NCBI GenBank assembly: GCA_951406725.2
Contig: OX597830.1
Location: 41,230,001-41,294,000, forward strand
Origin: Octopus vulgaris
Lineage: Eukaryota
Direction: 5' to 3'
DNA length: 64,000 nt
The notes beneath the pieces are model-generated. The model had not been told where the DNA came from, made no database searches, and saw nothing but the letters and a program-made list of their open reading frames with translations. Both the position numbers and the translations under genes were made by a program. This document shows positions 62,802 to 64,000 of the stretch, in pieces. Within the stretch, counting starts at the first letter, position 1. Each line of letters begins with the position of its first letter.

Positions 62802-63419
62802 TTTACCTTTTTAGCATTCAGATTACTCTGTCAAATGCAATTCATATTTATTTGCATCATTTTGAATTAATCATGAATTTTATCCTAACTTCAATATTTC
62901 AATGATGTTATTGTTTATATTACAATGACATTGTAGAGTAGGTGTGAGAGGCAGATCTTGCCAGATTGGACATAAAAGGAGTGGAATGTTTGGGCCTGAT
63001 ATGGCCAATTTAACCCTTTAGCATTCAGATTATTCTGTCAAATGAAATGCTTATTTATTCACATTCATCATCATTATCATCATCATCATTTAACATCTGC
63101 TTTCCTTGCTGGCATGAGTTAGACGATTTGACATGGAGCTGACTAGATTCCAGTTGTCTGTTGTGGCATGGTTTCTACAGCTTTATGCCCTTCTTAATGT
63201 CAACCACTTTACGGAGTATGCTGGGGGCTTTTTACGTACCATTGGCATGTTTTGATTTAATCTGCATTATCTCATATCTTTAAGATCTCGATGATGGGAT
63301 TATTTACATGTGGAGTGACATTGCAGGGCAGGTGTGAAAGGCCAAATCTAGCTGTTTTGTACATAAAACTGGTAGAATATTTTGGCCAGATATGGCTGGT
63401 TTAAATGCTAAAGTGTTAA
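62802..63419. mobile_element. Two stacked TTAA MITEs (family M1); the second contains a family D SINE
   Basis: Copy 1 at 62802-63013; copy 2 from TTAACCCTTTAGCATTCAGA (63010) to GCTAAAGTGTTAA (63419); SINE D at 63066-63250. Confidence 0.78.
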
Positions 63420-63506
63420 AGATAAAGTCTTCAGTACCATCCCAGTGATGCAATGGATTATGGAACTTAATATTATCACTAGAGATGGCTGATTCAGGGT
63501 TTGACT

Positions 63507-63656
63507 TTAACCCTTTTGTTACTATATTTTTGCTGAAATATGATGTCATTACTTCAGTTAATTTTCAAAATAATGAAAAAAATATCTAAGTAACTTTGTC
63601 ATTATTAAACTGATGTTTAGAACATGTAATCACAGGTAGATTAGTGTCAAAAGGGT
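63507..63656. mobile_element. TTAA-type MITE, family M2, internally deleted
   Basis: TTAACCCTTTTGTTAC ... GTGTCAAAAGGGT. Confidence 0.65.
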
Positions 63657-64000
63657 GGAAATAAGGTAGGAGTTTTAGAAAAAATATATTCCAATTAATT
63701 TGTTAATGAGAAGTGTCCAATGTTAACAAATATTATTTGTTATGGTCCACATGTTTCTTGAATATTTCCTATATTAATAGAAAAGGCAAAGATAATATAG
63801 AAGTAGGTTGAATAGCTTGTTTTGTCATATATACGTATAATGACTGTTGGTGGGAAGAGGGGTCAAAAAATATCCATAAAAAATAAGGATTTGCCTTACA
63901 GTTCGTATCATCACAAAGTCTGGTGTCTTGTAAGGACATGGGAAGTCTTAAATATAAGAAAATTTTTTATTTTTTTATTTTTAGCAAAGTTATTTTGGGA

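Overview
Eukaryotic, AT-rich, repeat-saturated non-coding DNA (intergenic or a very large intron). The SINE repertoire and the extreme (TA)/(CA)/(CAT) microsatellite density point to an octopus (coleoid cephalopod) genome; this is inferred from repeat recognition, not from a database search. I found no intact host protein-coding gene, tRNA or rRNA gene, and nearly all ORF-track entries are microsatellite or SINE read-throughs. The window holds four SINE or SINE-like families (my working labels A-D) and fossil LINE fragments (CR1/L2 group, RTE, R4/Dong-like). It also holds hAT, mariner and TTAA-type MITEs, several nested insertions with readable target-site duplications, and three long fold-back hairpins. 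The best leads are: (1) minimal Penelope-type hammerhead ribozyme motifs, best at 10581-10626; (2) a CR1/L2-type LINE whose 3' tail matches the tail of the dominant SINE, making it a candidate partner LINE; (3) long fold-backs and inverted SINE pairs as candidate ADAR substrates; (4) bipartite non-autonomous RTE elements; (5) a speculative 15-nt microexon at 61095-61109. None of these is demonstrably a new biological system. Coordinates were read by eye, and the edges of degenerate repeats are approximate.
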